DNA from: an uncultured Eubacteriales bacterium | GTDB taxonomy: Bacteria; Bacillota; Clostridia; Lachnospirales; CAZTAY01 | Reading direction: 5' to 3' | DNA: 53,633 bases | Assembly (NCBI GenBank): GCA_964611655.1 | Contig: CAZTAY010000002.1 | Coordinates: 1-53,633 of the forward strand | Shown here: one piece after another, positions 50,422-53,633 of the stretch | How the letters are laid out: every line of letters starts with the position of its first letter | Position numbering within the stretch: the first letter of the stretch is position 1 | The notes under the pieces: generated by a model | What the model saw: only the letters and a program-made list of their open reading frames with translations | What the model was told of the DNA's origin: nothing | Databases searched by the model: none | Position numbers and translations under genes: made by a program

Positions 50422-51029
50422 TGAAAAGTCTTTTAATAAAGGATATATATAACCTAAAGCAACAAGGAAAAATTTATTTAATTCTTATAGGGTTTTGGCT
50501 GATGTTTAGCATCCTATATAAAGAGGACTATTTATTCTCGGGTGTCATGATGATTTTTACAGTATTAATTCCAATTAACTCAATGGCTTATGACGAAAAA
50601 GCAAATTTCTATAAGTATTCGCTAACTATGCCTGTTTCTAGGACTGACATAGTAGCTTCAAAGTATTTACTTTCTTTAATTTGTGCATTATTCAGTATTG
50701 TTATATCAGCAGCTATAGGGGCTGTTCTCTCTAAAAACCCAACAGAATCAATACTAACATCAGTGACTTCCATGTCAATTGGGATTACTCTTGCAGCACT
50801 TATTTTACCGTTCATATTTAAGTTAGGTGTTGAAAAAGGCAGGTTGATTATGATTGTCTTGTTCCTTGTTCCCACGGCGGTTATAATGTTTTTTTCAAAT
50901 ACAACTATCAAACCTCCTAGTGAAGAGGTTGTTATGCAATGGATGCATTTGTCTCCGGTTATTGCACTTGCTGTAATTGCTATTTCTTTTTTTATTTCTA
51001 CTAGGATTTTTAATAGTTTGGAGTTTTAG
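50421..51029 (+). CDS. ABC-2 type permease
   Basis: About six TM helices; YSLTMPVSRTDIVASKY, FKLGVEKGR. Confidence 0.9.
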   Translation: MKSLLIKDIYNLKQQGKIYLILIGFWLMFSILYKEDYLFSGVMMIFTVLIPINSMAYDEKANFYKYSLTMPVSRTDIVASKYLLSLICALFSIVISAAIGAVLSKNPTESILTSVTSMSIGITLAALILPFIFKLGVEKGRLIMIVLFLVPTAVIMFFSNTTIKPPSEEVVMQWMHLSPVIALAVIAISFFISTRIFNSLEF

Positions 51030-51171
51030 ATTGTAGTAGTAAAATACAAATAACCGTGTTGCTATCCGTTTTGTAATAACGATAGGAATTGCTAGAAATT
51101 TATCACAATTATACATAGTACGAAAAGTTTTAAGTTCTGTTTTTAATTATTTAAGGGAAAGGAAGAGAGTT

Positions 51172-51642
51172 ATGAGGTTTTTAGATTTAGCAAATAAATT
51201 GACAGGTATAAGTTGTCCAATATTTGGCGTATCTTGGAATCCTTCCGTAACAGAAAGAGAGGTCGCACGACAAATTATTATATTTCTTGAACCTAGACGT
51301 GTATTATATTCGGAATACGACCATGAATCAGTACATCAATGTGTTTCTTCAATTATTGATATTAAAAATTACTTAACAAAAAAATTAAGTTGTATAAGCG
51401 AAAAGTCTGAATTAAATTCGTATATTAGAGCAATGAGAATTGCATGTAATAAATGTTTGAGTCAATGTGCAGATAATGATGGTTTTAGGCGTTTTGCAGT
51501 TTGTAGGGGTACTGATTATAACCGGATATTTACATCCGCTATTGGAGAACTAAGATGTACGTTTGGAATAATGATTGGTCAAATAGCAATATCATACGGA
51601 ATAGATGTTGAGGATGATTTGGCACAAATTATACCAGATTAA
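51172..51642 (+). CDS. DUF6650-like protein
   Basis: LTGISCPIFGVSWNP...AR..IIFLE.RRVLY motif recalled from this family. Confidence 0.65.
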   Translation: MRFLDLANKLTGISCPIFGVSWNPSVTEREVARQIIIFLEPRRVLYSEYDHESVHQCVSSIIDIKNYLTKKLSCISEKSELNSYIRAMRIACNKCLSQCADNDGFRRFAVCRGTDYNRIFTSAIGELRCTFGIMIGQIAISYGIDVEDDLAQIIPD

Positions 51643-51819
51643 AATAAAAAATATACAATAAAACAAAAGCAAGACTTTGAAGTTATTTGAAGCGTATGGA
51701 ATCTTGATCCCAGGTGCAGCATATTCTGTTTATGCTTTGAGGAGATACAATCCAGCACTTGAGAAGGTAAAGCCCGTATCTATACTTTCAAAGGAGGCTT
51801 TTTGCTTGAAGCTAAAGTT

Positions 51820-52958
51820 TATAGTAAAATTCAAATAAAAAAGTTATGATATATGGTAAAATAAAACCATGAGCTAGGATATAAAATTTTACAAACAAAC
51901 AATTAAATATTTGGGAAAGGGACACACATCTAAGGAGACAGCCCAAGTATTTGGCATATCAGAAACTACGCTAAGCACTTGGGTAAAAAGAAACCGAGAA
52001 AAAACAAAGAACGTATGTCTCTAAGGTGCCGCTTGAAAAGCTGGAGGAGTATATAAAATCTAATCCTGACGCTTATCAAAAAGAAGTGGCAAAACAGTTT
52101 GGTTGTGCACAATCAACCATATGCAGACTACTAAAGCACTTGGGAATTTTGCGTAAAAAAGACAAAACGCTACAAAGAACAAGATCCAAGAAAGATAGCT
52201 GATTTCATTGAAAAACTGTCCTAAACACCAAAAAACTCCATCGCATATGTAGACGAAACCGGCATTGATACATAATTACACCGATAATACTGCTATGCCA
52301 AAAAAGGGGAATATGTAATTGTCTGTGTTTCGGTAAAAAGTATCATAGAGTCGGCATTGTTGCTGCAAAGCTCGGAAAAAGAATTCTTGCGCCGTTGCAG
52401 TAGGATGGTACAATGAATAGCTTACTATTTGAAGTATGGTTTGAAACCCGTCTCTTGAATGAACTCCCGTCCAATTCCGTTATTGTAATGGATAACGCGA
52501 GACTGTCCCAAATTTTGTGCTAATTCTCAACCCAAGAAAGCGAAAAGCTAATAACCTGAAACATTTCTTTTATTGCAACCATGATTTCTTTAGTGCTTCC
52601 AAACTGCTCTTCTTTCACGAGTTGACGCAATAATTCCTTCGTTACTTTAGACATAATATTCTCCTTTCGGGAGTTTGTTTCATGTTATTTCCAGTCTTGC
52701 CTTCTTGGAGTTTTTTAGTCAATTAGCACAAAATTATTTACATACCCGATAACCGCCGCCTTTAACAGAAAGAATAGGCTTATTTCTATTGCGGAAAAAT
52801 TCGGGCATACCCTTTTATTCTTACCCCATTTTTTTTCCAGAGCTTAATCCTATCGAAAAGTTCTAGGCTTGGCTCATAAATAAGCTTAGTGCTCTTCTTT
52901 CTAACTACTCTAATTTTTACGACGTTCTTCACTTCTGTTTTAATTGCATTTGACTATA
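51820..52958 (+). mobile_element. Decayed IS630-family element
   Basis: Ends tatagtaaaattcaaat and (reverse) tatagtcaaatgcaatt at TA; broken transposase with ETAQVFGIS, DETG, VIVMDNA and ELNPIEKF; many stops and frameshifts. Confidence 0.88.
52499..52747 (-). mobile_element. Internally deleted IS256-family miniature element
   Basis: 27-nt terminal inverted repeats (20 of 27 match, core aattttgtgctaatt); flanks gataacgc / gataaccgc; 44-codon N-terminal remnant MSKVTKELLRQLVKEEQF at 52654-52520. Confidence 0.82.
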
Positions 52959-53006
52959 TTATATTAACACCTCCGGATATGCCTTGGGTGTTAATATAAT
53001 ATAGTC

Positions 53007-53050
53007 AAACCAAAGGCTGTTGATAATTTAATATCAACAGCCTTTGGTTT
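53007..53050 (-). terminator. groEL terminator
   Basis: Perfect 19-bp inverted repeat aaaccaaaggctgttgata / tatcaacagcctttggttt. Confidence 0.8.
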
Positions 53051-53096
53051 TCTAGATGACATAGTTTTTAGTTTTTAGCTCTGTAAGTGTAGGTGA

Positions 53097-53633
53097 TTAC
53101 ATCATGCCGCCCATGCCGCCCATTCCACCCATGCCGCCGCCTGGGAGTGCTGGTTCTTTTTCAGGAATTTCTGCAACGATTGCTTCTGTTGTTAAGAATG
53201 TAGAAGCAACTGATGTTGCGTTTTGGATTGCACTTCTTGTAACCTTTGTTGGGTCAATGATACCTGATTCAAACATGTTTACATATTGCTCTGAAAGAGC
53301 GTTGAAACCTGTGCCTGTAGGCATTTCCATAACTTTATTAACGATTACTGCGCCTTCAAAACCTGCGTTGATAGCGATTTGAGTCATAGGTGCTTCTAAA
53401 GCTTTAATAATGATTGCAGCACCTGTTTTCTTGTCGCCTTCAAGTGAATCAAGAAGAGGTTTAACTTCTTTGATTGCGTGTACGTATGCACTACCTCCGC
53501 CAGAGATAATTCCTTCTTCAACAGCAGCTCTTGTAGCTGCAAGTGCGTCTTCCATACGAAGTTTCTTTTCTTTCATTTCTGTTTCTGAAGCAGCGCCAAC
53601 TTTGATTACAGCAACACCGCCTGAAAGTTTTGC
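53097..53633 (-). CDS. groL: Chaperonin GroEL, 3' part (continues beyond the window)
   Basis: [48 protein letters not shown] tail. Confidence 0.98.
   Translation of the reverse strand, partial: AKLSGGVAVIKVGAASETEMKEKKLRMEDALAATRAAVEEGIISGGGSAYVHAIKEVKPLLDSLEGDKKTGAAIIIKALEAPMTQIAINAGFEGAVIVNKVMEMPTGTGFNALSEQYVNMFESGIIDPTKVTRSAIQNATSVASTFLTTEAIVAEIPEKEPALPGGGMGGMGGMGGMM

Overview
Low-GC chromosomal segment from a Firmicute; gene content (rho, pnp-rpsO, nrdDG, groEL, paaK, LysM proteins, MCPs) and AGGAGG-type RBSs suggest class Clostridia. Core genes are interleaved with transporters, regulators, an ars operon, three tRNAs, an acyltransferase pseudogene, and a decayed IS630 with a miniature IS256 derivative nested inside it. 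The most unusual part is 15-31 kb. It holds a four-gene siphophage tail-tip module with intact ORFs (chaperone-like, Gp15-like, 1008-aa tape measure, Gp37-like) but no capsid, terminase, integrase, lysis, tail tube or Dit genes in the window. The module lies between two inverted paralogs of an uncharacterised permease. It is followed by three tandem genes that join a Cys-rich N-terminus to a beta-helix resembling a tail-fibre tip, each with a conserved upstream block. My lead hypothesis is a domesticated phage-tail-derived system; a recently deleted prophage is the alternative. All family names come from motif recognition by eye; no database search was run.
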